DNA of 64,000 nt from Amoebophrya sp. A120 (lineage: Eukaryota > Protista > Dinoflagellata), in assembly GCA_905178155.1 (NCBI GenBank), contig CAJINV010000011.1:2011939-2075938 (forward strand), written 5' to 3'. A program made the translations under genes and the position numbers. Of the stretch, positions 48,665 to 62,258 are shown piece after piece; the first letter of the stretch is position 1, and each line of letters opens with the position of its first letter. A model generated the notes under the pieces. It did no database searches, was not told the DNA's origin, and saw nothing but the letters and a program-made list of their open reading frames with translations.

Positions 48665-50359
48665 CTACGACGTTTCCAATCCCATCACTTCGGCGAAAAA
48701 TGCAGTGGAAGTGCCAGGATCGAAATCGTCAAAGTTGAAATAGTTTGTCATGCATCAAATGCGACGCAGAAATTGTCTCTATTTCAGAGGACGCAAGAGA
48801 GGCAGACTGTAAGCCTGTTGAGGGGTAAAAATAAGGCTGCTCAAGTAGCATGACAAAAGGCGTCGTCCTTACCCAAGCAGCTGCATGACAAACTGGATTT
48901 AGATTCCAACCAAATTTGTCATGCTCCACTTGGAAACTGGGTTTCTAGGCAAATTATTTCAACTTTGTCGATTTCGATCCTGACAGTTCCATAAACGCAG
49001 GCAGACCCGTAGCGAGCCGCTTCCCCGGGCCGACCGGCTTCACCGGCACACCGCAGACTGCCATGATGTCCACTTGGTGGCTATCAAATGTAAAAATGTC
49101 TGGGTCTGGAAGAATGCAAGTTTGTCATGCTTGTCTGGCATGACTCTTAAATCTGTCATGCACATTACCAAAGAGCCCCACTTTTCTGTCATGCAGAAAC
49201 GTAGTTTGTCATGCAGAATAGGCAACACCTAGAAGCTCAGAAACTTGTCATGCTGAGCCAGCAATTGTCGCCTCCTCATGATACGCCACACAGCATCACA
49301 AGTTTCCAGACCCAGACATTTTTACATTTGATAGTGGCTCATGTGTTGCTTGGCGGCGGCGCCACTGTCCCAAAACAGCGTAGCCCCGTACTCAATGGAG
49401 ACGTAATTGTGTTTTGTTCTCGGATGAGTTGTCCTTGGACGATAGACCTCATTGTTGCGGCATTCCATCCTAAATTCGCGCGCATTCCTCATCCTTTCCC
49501 GCACCTCTTGCTGCTCCAGATCGAGATTCAAGAACGTGCCCCCAATCCGGCCGAAAAGATGGAGTTGCGAACAAGCGGAACCCGGCTCCGGGTCGCGTGG
49601 CTCGGAGAGAGTCAGCTTGAACTTGGGCCGGGGGTCCGCCGGGTCGGTAGAGGGCAACAAGCGCACGGTATCGGTCAAATTTGTCAGCACGGAAAGCTCG
49701 CAACGACGACCAGGCGCATCGATCAGGGCAACAGAGAAAGCCAGCGAGCTCACATGTACTCCGAACGGAGAATAATTGTCAAACACGTTCTCGAGGCTGG
49801 CATATCCGATCGCCATTTTGCACCTCCGTTCGTCGGAGAGTGCTACCTTCACCAATTTTGGCGGCGGAAACCGGGCCGAAGTCGTGATTCTGAAATCTTC
49901 CAAAACAAATTGCTCTCCGCTCACTCCGACACGCGCGAGCTCAAGCTGCTGCAAAATTCGGGTCAGCGGCGATGAAATCTCTTCCGCAGAGGTAGAGGAC
50001 CTAGCCGGCTCGCACTGCAGAAAGGTCCATATCTTGCGCCCGACTTCTTGGGGCAAATAACAGAAAACCGCAGGATTTTTGCTCTTCAACCGCAGCTGCT
50101 GCTTCTCGAAGCACAAAAGTGCGGTTTTCACCAAGATAGCGTTCACCCGGCCCCAGGATCTCTTGCTCGTGTTCTGCAGCTCAGCTGCTTCGATCTGGTG
50201 GTATAACTGCTCCATCGAGAAGTCTTCAGGGGTGCCGTGAAAAACGTCGCAGGGTTCATTCTTGGCGATTCCGGTTGCAATGTGCAGAAAATTAGCCACA
50301 GAAGTCAGTGTTCTATGCCGAGTACGACAATATTCCACGTTGCATTTTGCTGCAACCAA
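48665..50359 (-). CDS. hypothetical protein (5' end uncertain)
   Basis: A 345-aa ORF continues in frame across TIR element 49082-49333 and a partly eroded element ending at 48993, to a stop at 48665. No family recognised. Confidence 0.55.
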
Positions 50360-51383
50360 ACAAATCGCTACTTATGTCGTCCAAAAGAAAAAAGTGTGTA
50401 TAAACCAGCGAGTCATCAGCTACAAACATACACAAAGCCTGCAAAGCATAGCAGCAACGTATTTCTCACTGAAACTGAAAAGATATGACTAGATTCACCT
50501 GTGAAGCCGTAAACAAGCGCTTAGCTTACTGCTTGTTCACAAAAGAAGTAGAAAATCAACACTACTACTTTGACACTCCTACAGCCTGCGAATCCTTGTC
50601 CGTGATCGTGAAAGAACCGCGACACTGCTATCAAACGGGTGGCAGACGCAAAACTGCACCGCACGCCCTCTGCACACCGTGAGATGGAACGAGTAGACAT
50701 CAATCGCATCGCGGATAATCTTCAGTCTCAGCAAATTACAGAAGGATCTGTTGTCTGTGCGGCTCTTCAGGAAACAAACCTTTTGCAGCTTTCTGAAAGC
50801 TAATAGGCTCCGTGGAATATTCGTATGCAACTAGATTGATCTTCCGCAGCCAGAAGCGACAGAAACATGATGGAACATGTGGCGACTCCTGAATTACTCA
50901 GTCTCTTCCCTCGTGTGGCACAACTCCGGCCGCACCTATCGCACCGCCGGCGCACACCCGCAACAGAGAGTTTTTTCATTTACACTGTCTTCGCAGATCA
51001 TCGCTGTCGTCTGTCAATAGACTGGAGTGACAAGATTACGCATCATACAATCGGCCTCGGCGATGAACTGAAGAAGAAGAAGTCCTTTGCATTTACTATT
51101 CCTTTATTTCCATTGGCAGACAATCAAAGTGAAACACGAGATCGAAACTTCGATCGCTACTTGCATGGTATTCAATTTCAAAATTACGTCAACTCCAGAA
51201 ACAATCGCGTTAAAAATACTCATCCCCATTGAGAAGGTTTAAAGGTACAGATCATGCAGTGTCGACATGGATTAAGTATCGGAATCATATTAACCGCATC
51301 TGGCTGCTGCTGATCTTGCCGCTTCACGCAAAGCAGAACCACAACCCTGTGGAACCGACAAAAATTCCCTCCGCCCCCTCCCT

Positions 51384-53201
51384 TCAAGAAGAACTCGCTG
51401 CTTCACTTGCGGCGTCCTCCTCCCCGGTTTTGTCCGCAGAAGCCGGTGCTGGAGCAGGGACGAGCGCCGTTTGTTCTTCTTCTTGCAGCGGAGGTTTCTT
51501 CATCCATTCGGCAAACCCTTCCTTGTCGTACTCGTAGAAAAGTTTGTGCGGGTCGTCTCTGAGATTGAGCATGACGGCGCCATTCTCGTACGGCTTCGGA
51601 GGACGAGTAGTACTAGCATGATCATGAACATGATCTACTCCAGCAGGACGAATAGTACTAGCAAATAGCATGTAGCACTCGGCGAGCCAAGCCATGGGCC
51701 CCACCGCATCCGCTTGCCGCATCTCCTCGACCCCGGCTCGGGCGTGAAAGTCCTGGTACGACCACGCGGCAGCAAACCCGTGCAGTTTCAGACTGGCTTC
51801 GCCCTTCCCGAACTGGTAATTGATCGCGGCATTCTTATTTCGCGCGATGCCCTTGTGCTCCGTCTCTTTCTGGGGGCGGATCTGCACAGACATCGAAATC
51901 ACTATTTTCGCCTGCATCCCCTGCTCCGCCCAGCTCGTCTCCTTGTTGCCCGGGTGGTAGTAGTACTCAAACACGTTCAACGCACCAGCGAGTGACTTTT
52001 GGCCGTGGTTGAAGTACAATCGCGCGACTTCGTGCAGCGTCTGCAATTGAAGGCTGCGGTTGCGGATGTTGTATGAGACGGAAATCAAATGAATCCCCCC
52101 TCCCGTGAGATTTGCATACCGAGTAGAAGAAGAAGTCCCAGGAGGTTCATCGCGTAGAATACACGACAAAAAATCATTTCTATGCCATTGCATCCAGGCA
52201 GCTTGTTGGGCAGATGGTGTATAGTAAGCTTGTGTCGCCATTAGATAGAAGTCTGCTTACAGCTGTTGGGCAGGGCAGACAAACCCTCCATCGAGTATAG
52301 ACACATGGCGGGGGATTTTCGCTGTCGATACCTCTTCCCCAAAATCCTCCACGGAAATAGCGTAGGCGACGTAGTAGGGCCCGGCTTCCACCCCGGACGC
52401 CAGCTTCTCGCTTGCCCGCCACCACACCGCCCCCGGGATGCGCAACAGGCGGTGGCATCCCACCACGTCCTGGAAGGTTCCGTCGGGTCCGCCACAGCCC
52501 GGCTGGCCCGCCCAAGCCCCGGTCCGGAATGCCGCGCCCCCGTTGACGTGCACCCACAGAAGCTCCGTCACCCAGACCAGGGGTGCGCCCGTCGGGTCGA
52601 CCGCCAGGCGCCAGATGGGCAGCAGACTTTTGTTCTTGATGTCTCCAGTAGTACTAGACGCCTCGCTTTGCTGCTGCATCGAGTCCGGACAGGGCGTGCG
52701 CGCACTGTAGGCGACAATAGACGGAACCGTCTTCGCAGAGGCCCCGGCTTCCGGGTGAGGGTCCACCAGGTCGTCTTCTTCGTACCAGTCCCAGGCATGG
52801 AACCAGAAACTCTGCCCATCCTATCAAATGCAAATAGCGATCTGGGTCTGCATGACTAAAAACCGCGTTTTTATTGCATCTCATGAAAGGGGAGGACCTT
52901 GCACTTGCTTTGCGTGGACGAGCATCACAAACCTGTGAAAATCATCATACAAGACCCACATCATGACAGATCTTGCACCGGTCCAGTCAGACCCAGCAAT
53001 TACATTCACAATTCCTAGATCCGTCGCCGTTCCGAAGCGGATGATGTCATTGCCGTTCTTGTACTTTTTCTTTTCCTCGACCAGCTCGTGGCCCTGCTCC
53101 AGGAAGGCAAACTGCTGCAAGGCCCGCGCATGGTCGCAGTGCAGCAAAGAGCTGCAGCCGGTGGACAGAAGTATTAAAACCGCCTGCTTGTTCATTGCCA
53201 C
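51384..53201 (-). CDS. hypothetical protein
   Basis: Three consecutive coding-like minus-strand ORFs. The first two join in phase via a GT-AG intron at 52821-53009. The junction to the 51384-52241 ORF was not resolved. Confidence 0.45.
52821..53009 (-). other. GT-AG intron derived from a degenerate family A element
   Basis: ATT|GTGAAT...GCATTTGATAG|GAT joins two ORFs in phase. Residual TIR sequence (CTGGGTCTG / CAGACCCAG) remains. Confidence 0.6.
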
Positions 53202-54964
53202 CGCGTGCGGCAGGCCGAAGCCACGTGGCTCTCGGAACTCCAGCGTCTAGTACCTCTGCGACATCTGTTTATTGCCTCGTCTGGAACTACGTTGCAGTTT
53301 AATGGATTTCAATTTCTTTTCTCCCTGTTTTTTCAGATCAAATCTCGTGCTATTTTTGCGGTTCTTTCCGAATAAACCGAATATGATGTAGTTGCGTGGT
53401 GCTCGGGCAAGTTTTTTAATTACACACAATAAATTATTTACGTTGAGTTGCGCACCGTGTCGAGGAAAGTAGAGAAAGTCCAGTAAAAAGTACCGGACTA
53501 TGTGTTGTGTGCCGCAAGATTTTTCCCAAGAGGGATCTTGGAGGTGTCACCTTCTAGCCGATACTGTGGGAAGTCCACCTTGTTACACCTGTGAGTGTAA
53601 CAACAAAACCGCATCAGGAGCAATTCGGCAGGTTGTTCTTTGGCAAGATCACGTGAAAAAGCGGAGGTCCGCGCATATTGCAACTACAGAGAAGCACATC
53701 CATGAGAGCTGCGGACAACGAGAACGACAACGACTTCCAATTTTCCTGCAAAAATAAAACCGATCCCGATTTTAAAAAACAGTAGCGTAGTAACTACCTC
53801 CCGCAACCGACGGGAAGCGGTAGTAGAAACCTTCAACCGACACGCTTCAAACCACAAGCTCGTAGACAAGATTCACACAAAGATGCGTACACAAATTACT
53901 TCCACGATGGGTTCTGCTGCGGGAACAATGAATCAATAGCCCAGGACTGGAATTGTATTCGGTTCTTCAACAGTAATCACCATTCAACCGTGCTATACTG
54001 CGCTGGAAAGCTTTATTATCTTTACGCACAGATCACATTAAGTCGTCATGTCGTCTTGTCGCTGGCAATGGGGATCGCGGCCTGAAACCAGGGGCGCTCT
54101 GAAGATTGTCTTCAAGTTCAAACTTGCTCGTCAGTAGCGCTACATTACAGTCGTCAAAAGCGAAACCAAATGAGTTTGAAACATTCATACCCGACTCGAA
54201 GATATAATCCTATTCGTACTTTACAAAATATAGCCGCCGGGGCGGGGGTAGTGAGGTCGTGGGCGTTTTTTTGCCGACCGCAGCCTTGGCCGCGGCTTTG
54301 CTTTTTATGGGCTCGCCATACCACCGTGAGTAACGTTATGCCGCACGGTATGGCGGCCACTTGGGAAACGTCGCAAATTTTGGCACATTTCCAAAATTCC
54401 TTTCCGAAAGCCAGCCCCGATGCTATGGGGCCGATCCGGGTGCCACGGGGGGCGCCCAAAAAGCGAAGAAAAACCGGGCCCATAGCATGCGGATTGGCTT
54501 TGCGCGTCTGGCGCGCTTTTTATTTTTCGCGTTTTTATTTTTCACGCCGGCGCTTTTTGCAAAGCTTCCCAGGCTCTAAAACCGGCGAAAAGGCGGCCGC
54601 TTTCGCGGCCACCCAAAATACTCCGAAATCGCGGCCGTGCCAGGCTGTTTCGCTGTTCTGATTTTGGGCGCGTTTTTTGCGCGCCCCTTTTTGGGCGCCC
54701 CAAATCGCCAGAAACGAAGGCGGCGGGCGCCTCAGAAGGGCGCCCCTTTTACCGGCTCCCCTGCGTCGTTTTATCAAGTGCGAATCGATAGTTTTCGACC
54801 TGGCTTGTTTGCCGCAAACGCCCCGGCCGCTTGATAAGTGAAAACTTTTTATGCTCAAAAACACTTCCGACCGCTTGAAAACTGCCGGTCGTTTTTCAGG
54901 GTATATGGCAAAAAAACTCCCTGGTTAGAACCGTTCGGTGACCTCACTACATATAAACGGTGTC

Positions 54965-57699
54965 TCAACCCCGCGAAAATCGCGCTCCGCCCTTTCGGAG
55001 CAAAAACCTCCGCTCCGCGCTCGCGATCGCCGCGACTGCATCCGGATTTAGGTCGTTTCCGAGCAATTCTGCCTGTTTTTTCCCGATCGCTAGCAGCCGG
55101 CCAAACTTGGAAAAGTTGCACATCGCGCTCATTTGCAGCAGGGATTCCAGCAAGTCCGGGTCTACTAGAGGATATTCTTCTATATTTCTACAGGATTCTC
55201 CTTCTCGCTCGCCCTCTTGGTAGCAGTGGTTGTCTTGGAGGTTCTGGCTCTCTCCACCACGTCGCGATGTTGTCGCACCAGCAGAGTCACTAGTGCATCC
55301 TTGTAGGTCCTGTACGCGAGGACTACAATCATCAGCACGAGCACCCAAGCTCTGTCTGTTGTTTCCGCTAACAGAAGGGGCAGAGCCTCGAAGAGGTGCG
55401 CTGTCTTCTGGTGCAGCGGCTGTTGCACCAGCACTTCCCTTGTTGTTCCCGCTCGGTGCTGGTGACAAAGACGAGCACAAGAGGACCTCACAGTCATTCC
55501 CCTGCTTTTCCCCCTGGTGGTTGTATTCTGCAACCTCCCGGAGCAGGGCCTGCTGCTCCGCCACGAGAAAGTCGAACAATCTGTCCAGCGAAAACGCGTT
55601 GAGCCAGTTGTATGGGAGTGTCACAATCGAAATTGACAAAATCGAAATGATTTGTCATGCATAAAATGGATTCCAGTTCGAACCCAGTTTCTAAGTTGCG
55701 CATCACAAATTCTGGCTGTGTCTAAATCCAGTTTGTAATGCTGTTTAGGCAAAGAAGACTGATTCTCTCATGCTGCTTTAGCAGCTCGAACTATAACCCC
55801 AAACAGGCTTACAATCGGCCTCAATTGCCTGCTCTGCAACTACACACGTGTTTCGCGTCATGCATTTTATGCATCACAAATTTTTCGACTTTGTCAATTT
55901 CGATCCTGACAGTTCCATAAGTTGTGGTTGATCGAAACCGCGTCGGTGATGTTTACCACGTCGTGCACCCAGCAGGCAGGAACGAAGAATAATTCCCCCG
56001 GGTTTTGCACGACCCGGTAGACTTGAGGATGGTGTCGTTGTTGTTTCCCTGATATTTCTTCTACCTGGTCGCAGTCGTTTGTCCTGACTTGACAACTACC
56101 GTCTTGATGTTCCCCATGATCTCCTGCAAATGACTCAGGGCCGCGATAATCGATCACATTCCTCTTCTCGTCCACCAAGCTCCCGAAGTCCGCACAGCTG
56201 AACAGCCGCCAAAACTTCCGCCCGCAAATGTTCGCCGACCAGCTGTAGCTGCAGAGCACGTCAAAATGCGGCGCCGTCGCCGTTCCCTTTCTCCCGGCGT
56301 AGCAGAACCGGTAGTCCTCCCCGAGCCCCACCGGCGGCGGGTGGTTCAGCCAGTCGAATTGAAAACTTTTCCCGAGAAAGTCGGGGAGCTTCTCTTGGTA
56401 GTCACACATCAGCTGCTGGACGGTCGTCGTTGTTCTCGAAGCACGGGACGACTTGGTCGCTGGGCGGGGTGGCTGTGGAACATCATCTCCCGTCGTGCAG
56501 CTGGGGTCGTCGCGGACAGCACCTGTGTTTGTTCTCTCTGTTTCAGCTTTGTTGCCCGTCATGGCTCCCGGGCGACCTCCATCCGCAGGAACTTCAAAAC
56601 CACGACGGCCTGAAATAGTAGTAAGGTCGCGGCAGTAGAATAACGGTGCAGCAGCTTTCCTTTCCGGATGTTGATCACGGTCGTCGTCTTCCTCGGAGCT
56701 GGGCGACCTTGTCGTGCTGGGAGATGTTGATGAGACCGAAAGAGAACTTGTCGACCGCAGAGTGCGATCTGTGGAAGTAAGAGGGCACGACGTCGACGTT
56801 GCGGCCAACTCTATGTCCTCTCGTGGTTCACCTCGTGGCTCGCCCCGGATGGTTTGTTGTATCCTGATGTTTTGTTCCTCTATTTCTCTCTGTTCTTGTT
56901 GCCCACAACTTTCAACATCTTCAACCTCCACTTGGTCGAATTCTAGCCTTCCCTCCTCGCACAGCTGCTGCAGGTGCCAGTCTTTCAGGTAGGACGGCTG
57001 GGAAATAAATCGCGGGGTTGGTACACAACCAGGTAGACAAGAACTCGCTGGCACCGGCACTTGTTCCTTATCATCGCGAGATGAACTCGAACTTCTGGTG
57101 GTCTCCAAAAATTCCCGTACCGTGGTCCTTGGTTTGTTCTGGTTCAGCTCCTTCTTCGCAACTCCACAAGCTTCACCCGCTGCGATAATCTCCTCGGGCA
57201 GGATCACACTGCCGCACGACGCGAGGAACTTGTCGAAGCTGCGCCAGTGTTGGAAAACCTCCCATTTTATCGATTGCAAATATGTCTGGGTCTGGAAGAG
57301 TAGAACTTGTAATGCCGTCTGCGGATTCCAAAAATGTCTATGTTGCATGAGCGGCAAGAGGAGTCAGCTCTTGGCACGCAGAGAGGGTATTTCTCATGCG
57401 TAATTAGCATCAAGAAGCTTTCAAAAAATCTGTGATGCTAGAACCAGCATCACAGACCTCACGGATCATGCAAAATGTGCATGACAAGCCCCGACCCAGA
57501 CATTCTTGCAGTTGATACATTTTTCCACGACCCCGGTGATTATCACAGGCTTGTTGGGGCGAAGAAACTCCGCACAGAACCGCTCGGTCGTCAAGTGGTC
57601 GATGGAAATTCGGGGGATCTTGTGGTCGTCGACATAGAGCCGAGAAGATTCGTCGCTGCCGGACTTGCTGTTCTTGCCGCCTCCATTGTTCTCTCCCAT
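54965..57699 (-). CDS. JMJD4: JmjC-domain 2-oxoglutarate/Fe(II) oxygenase, JMJD4-like
   Basis: Motifs FLRPNKPVII, YLKDWHL, DYRFCYAG..T..HFDV..SYSWSANICGRK.W and QNPGE..FVP..WVHDV.N...SINHNW. TIR elements lie at about 57268-57517 and 55611-55919. Confidence 0.85.
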
Positions 57700-58506
57700 T
57701 TCGGCGTGGTCTGTGTGGTCTTGTGTAGGCGCAGCTTGCGGGCTGCGGCTGTGCTGTTAGGGAAGTAGAACTACGTCGGCCATGACTTCTTATTTCCTAC
57801 ATGCGATATTAACTTGGCTACTTAGTTTGATCGGATGTTGAGCGAAGCCTGCTGTGCCGATCAGAACCTCCAAAACTTCTTTGTACTTACACACTCTCGA
57901 GATCATCGTGCTGTTCATTGAGATCGCTTTAGTACTCCTGTTCGCGATTTCGGCGTTGATATGATCGCAAGCAGCTGTTGAAGGGAAAAGTGAGACAGAT
58001 GTCGAAGGCCCGGTGCTTCTTATTCGTCGAGAAAAAGATTGATGATGATGTCAGGCGACTTGTATTAATCCTTTCACCAAAAACGACCTCCAGCGGCCGC
58101 ACTCACTCTCGCGCATCGGTGGGAGCAAGTAGGGCAGGTGAAAACGTGATCTCTGAGCATAAAAACAACATTTTTTAGATACTTAAGTACTTATTTCCTT
58201 GGACGAGCAAAATTTGGAGGACCAATGATGATCTGTGTCACCTTTCAAACAAGAACCGGATTAAGCTACAACCTTCCTCTTTCCCGCGATTTTCTTTTTC
58301 ATTTGGTCGGCGGGGACGGAGGAAAAAAGAGCAAAAAGACATTTGATGCCACGAATCGCATGGGCATGATTCTTGCACCCACGTCTAACGCGAGCCGATG
58401 ACAATAGCTATCACCATTTCTGCTTTGCCTCTGTCGTTCTGTGATTTTTGCCAAGACGTTGGAAAAAAAACGCCACAACAACGGAAGATACAAATCTTCT
58501 ACGCAG

Positions 58507-60917
58507 TCAGTAAAACCGAAAGGGCAGCTTCCTGGACTCGTCCAAGGCACGGATCCATTGCTTTTTCCAGGTTATCGTCCCGGGCAAATCGATATGCGCT
58601 GCAAATGTGTTTGGGTCTGGACGAGTCCGAGTTTGTCATGCTAGGACTGGGTGACGCAAAGGTTTGTCTTCCTGAGCAGCAGCAAAGGCCACCCACTCTC
58701 GGGCGCCCGAATAAAATGGCATTTCTCATGCAGCATAGGCATTCCGGAACCACCTTCCTGAAACTTACGATGCTCCACCTCGCATTCCAAACCTTCAGGG
58801 CCATACGAATTCTGCATGACAGATCTTGCAACCTTTCAGACCCAGACATATTTGCAGTTGGTAGTCGGTGTACTTGCGACTGTAGCGCCAATCCGGGATC
58901 AACAGCGCCATCGTCGCTTTGCGCAGCGGCACCAACCGCTCCTGTAGTGTTTTTGTGTTTAGTACTGTTTTAGCATGTCCCACCCTGACCACTCCTAAGT
59001 ACTTTAACTTTACATTGAGAGAAACAACGTGTGTTGCGCATCCAGCTCTATAGATACGTGCAATTCCTCCAGCTCCTGCTCATTTTTCTCGATCGTGGCT
59101 CGCCAGGCCTGCTTGCTGACGCTCTATCCCCCAGAAAAAAGCCGGCAGGTCATATTTGTAATGCAAAAATAAATAGACAAAAAAATCTGTATTTCATGCC
59201 CTAAGCAGCATGCTATGGCCTCGCCCATGACAGATTTTCCTGTGTATTTATTTGTGCATTACAAATATGACCTGCCTGCTTTTTTTAGTGGGTTACGCTT
59301 TCGTCGTTGCCCATCCGCTTGATCTTCGCCTCCAGCAGCTTCTGCTCCTCCTCCAAGTGGAACCGGCGCGTTTCCAGCTGCTCCCGCACCACCTGATTGC
59401 CGCGGATCTCCTTCGCACGCAACGCCTGTTCGTGGATCTCCCGCCGGGATAACACGGTGAGAATCCGTATCAAATGCAAATATGTTGTCTGGGTCTGGAA
59501 GAATGCAACGCTTGCGTTTGTCATGCACGTTTGGCACCTTGAAATCCCCTACGTTTGTCATGCACGTTTGGCATGACCCATGACGTCTGTGATGCATGCC
59601 CTAGCATCATAGATTATGCGAGGGCTTTCTGATCCCTAGTCTGCATGAGAAATTTTCTCTCCACGTAGCACAAACCGGACGTCTCATCTTGCTGGACGTG
59701 CAAAAATACAGGTCTTTTTAGAATCCAAAGTAGGCAGCATCACAAGTTGTTGCAACAGTCTAGACCCAGACGCACTCCAATTTGGTAATCCGCTTCATGG
59801 TGAGTTTCACTTTCTTCAACCGTCCGTGGTTCCTCCACATGTTCGGCGTGTTCGAGGCTTGGCGGACGAATTGGCGCTCGCCAAGAAGGAAATTCTTTTC
59901 CTTCAAGCAAACATACCAGAGCTTGTGCAAATCCTCAAACGACTATGAGAGTGCACAGCCCCCCCCCCGTCCCCTCACTTGTAATGCAAAACTCCAACTC
60001 GAGCTCTTGCCCTGAAGCGCTGCCTTGCATAACAACCTGGAGCACTCAGACAGTACTACACTCCGCGCCTGGACTTGTGATGCAAACGCTACATCGGTGC
60101 CCCTGTCTCTATTGCTGCTCATGCCATACCAAGGAGAGCGAGGGGGGGTTGTGCAATGTCATAACGACTTCAGCCGCAGCAAACACGCGGGCCAAGGGTC
60201 GCCGGACTCCGACATTTCCGCCTTCTGATTGAAGTCGGTCTCCGGGTCCCCAAGTATCCTGTGCAAAAGTATCGTACTCGACGTCTTGCAATCATGCATT
60301 ACAAATCTTGTTCTGAAGGTAAATCAGCATTACAAATTTCATTTTTGCTGAGGAGATTTGCAATGCATTTATACGAGTACGATACTTTTGCAGCTCATAC
60401 CAAGCCCGCCGCGCCAAAACTCCTCCACACTGAAGAAACGTTTTTGTCGCCACGTGCTGCTCAGGTTTAAAGGAAAAGTAGTTTCCCGAGATGCATGTCG
60501 ACCGACGGTGGACGCGGATGCTGCAGAAGCTGTAGATGGCGAAAATAAAGCACAGCCGCTTCCTGGTGCTGTCGCGGTCAAGAGCGGTTTCTTGAAAAAA
60601 ATCATCGCCCGCGCCGTCGCTGTTGAGGAAGAGCTCGTGGAAGTACAATCACCAGTTCTTACCTCCGCTGCTGCCGCCCGGTGATAACTCATTATCCCGG
60701 ATGTAGTGGTACTACTGCAGGAGTAAGAACGGCTGCTAGTGCTACGAGAACCCAAGGTGTGTGTTTCTGCAGCCCTAGAGCTGGTCGACAACAGACGAGG
60801 TGGCGGTCCGGGAACCGGAGCGCAAGACCAAGAGCTGGAGGACGAGCAGCTTTTTATCATACTAGTGGCACTAGGAACCGCCACGGTGCGGCGCAACGGA
60901 GGTTGCACACCGGCCAT
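58507..60917 (-). CDS. MRPL47: mitochondrial ribosomal protein uL29m (MRPL47-like)
   Basis: The spliced frame gives [31 protein letters not shown]...RLKKVKLTMKRILTVLSRR, the L47 signature. The N-terminus is S/T/R-rich and presequence-like. Five TIR elements and one probable GT-AG intron; start codon uncertain. Confidence 0.85.
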
Positions 60918-62258
60918 CTTGAGCAGAAGCTGGCACAGCTGATATAGGAAGACAACAGCTCGGAAAAACTGGGATGTAGTAACCGGCAAAAATGCGTATT
61001 AAACAACAGCTTTTTCATCATCAGCAGCTCTTTCCGACGTATTGAACAGGTGGCGTTTTTGAAATGGATTTTGAGTAGAAAAATTACAAATGAAGAACGA
61101 GGAATGTTGACGCAAAAAAAAGGAAACCAAATTAGTGCACCACGACAGGTCAAAACCGGGCTGCCACAAAATCATCAAAACACCAGGTTCACGATACACA
61201 ATTTCAAAAACGAGTGAAAGTGCTGATCAGTTGATTCCGCAAAAGTGAGAACACACATTTGAAAACAACAATAAGGTTGGAAATCCTTTGTAAAACCGAG
61301 GCGCCTCCGGGCTTTCACCCGCGCCACTGCGGTTGAGGTTGGTTTTGAATTTAATGATCCCCCAATAAATCTGGCCCACTCAGCATTCTTTGACTATCCG
61401 GAACAGTCCCGTGCTCACGGCGAGACAGAGAATGAAAAAGCAGATCCTCAAACTACAACTACCCAACATACAAAACAAATCAATGCGACACATCATCTAG
61501 TATGTCGCGGTAAATATTAAACTGCAAGTATTTATATTTGAATGATCGAGTCCCTTGACAGGGGCTTCCAAAAAATTGTCGTCCTTGTGTAGTTTTTCCG
61601 AGTCGCTCGTGCGAAGTAGTCTGATTAGTATTACAGTTGCGGAGGTGGAGGTGCAAAAATCAAGCATAGTTGCCGAACGGCAGGAGCTGGGTCGGGTAAA
61701 AAATAGTAAAAAAAAGGGCGGATCTGTATATATCTTCGCAGGGAGGAGCTGTGCTTGTCGCTAGTTCGCTCGCTAAAGTAGCGGCAGCACGTGTACGGAA
61801 GTTATTTCTTGGTGAGTAGCATGTTCAACCTATGCCTCCACCTCGCGATTTTAATTTTTTTACAGATGCAGTTCCTGTTTTCACGCGGAGCTATGCTAGG
61901 AAATAGCTACCACGTCTAAGTTTTTTTGGTCGTGAATCAAAAGTAGAATACAGTCGCTCATATTGTTTTTGGCTTCCTTCCTCTTTATCATTCCAAGCGA
62001 TCACGCAGCAAAGGCTTCAGTTTTGCTTTTGCTGACGCAGCCTTGTGCGTAAGTACGCAATCAAAACAAGCATATGTTCTGGATACAACTACTACCACGG
62101 CTGCTAGAACTGGTATTTAAATTTATTTCTACCTGAAACGTAGAGCGATCAGACGCTTGTTTATTTCAAAACCTGATAGCACGAAGATCCCACGACCGGT
62201 AGCAGTCGTGGTCCTCCAGAACTCGTCGTGCCTCCGTATTTTTTCTTGTACCGGTTAC

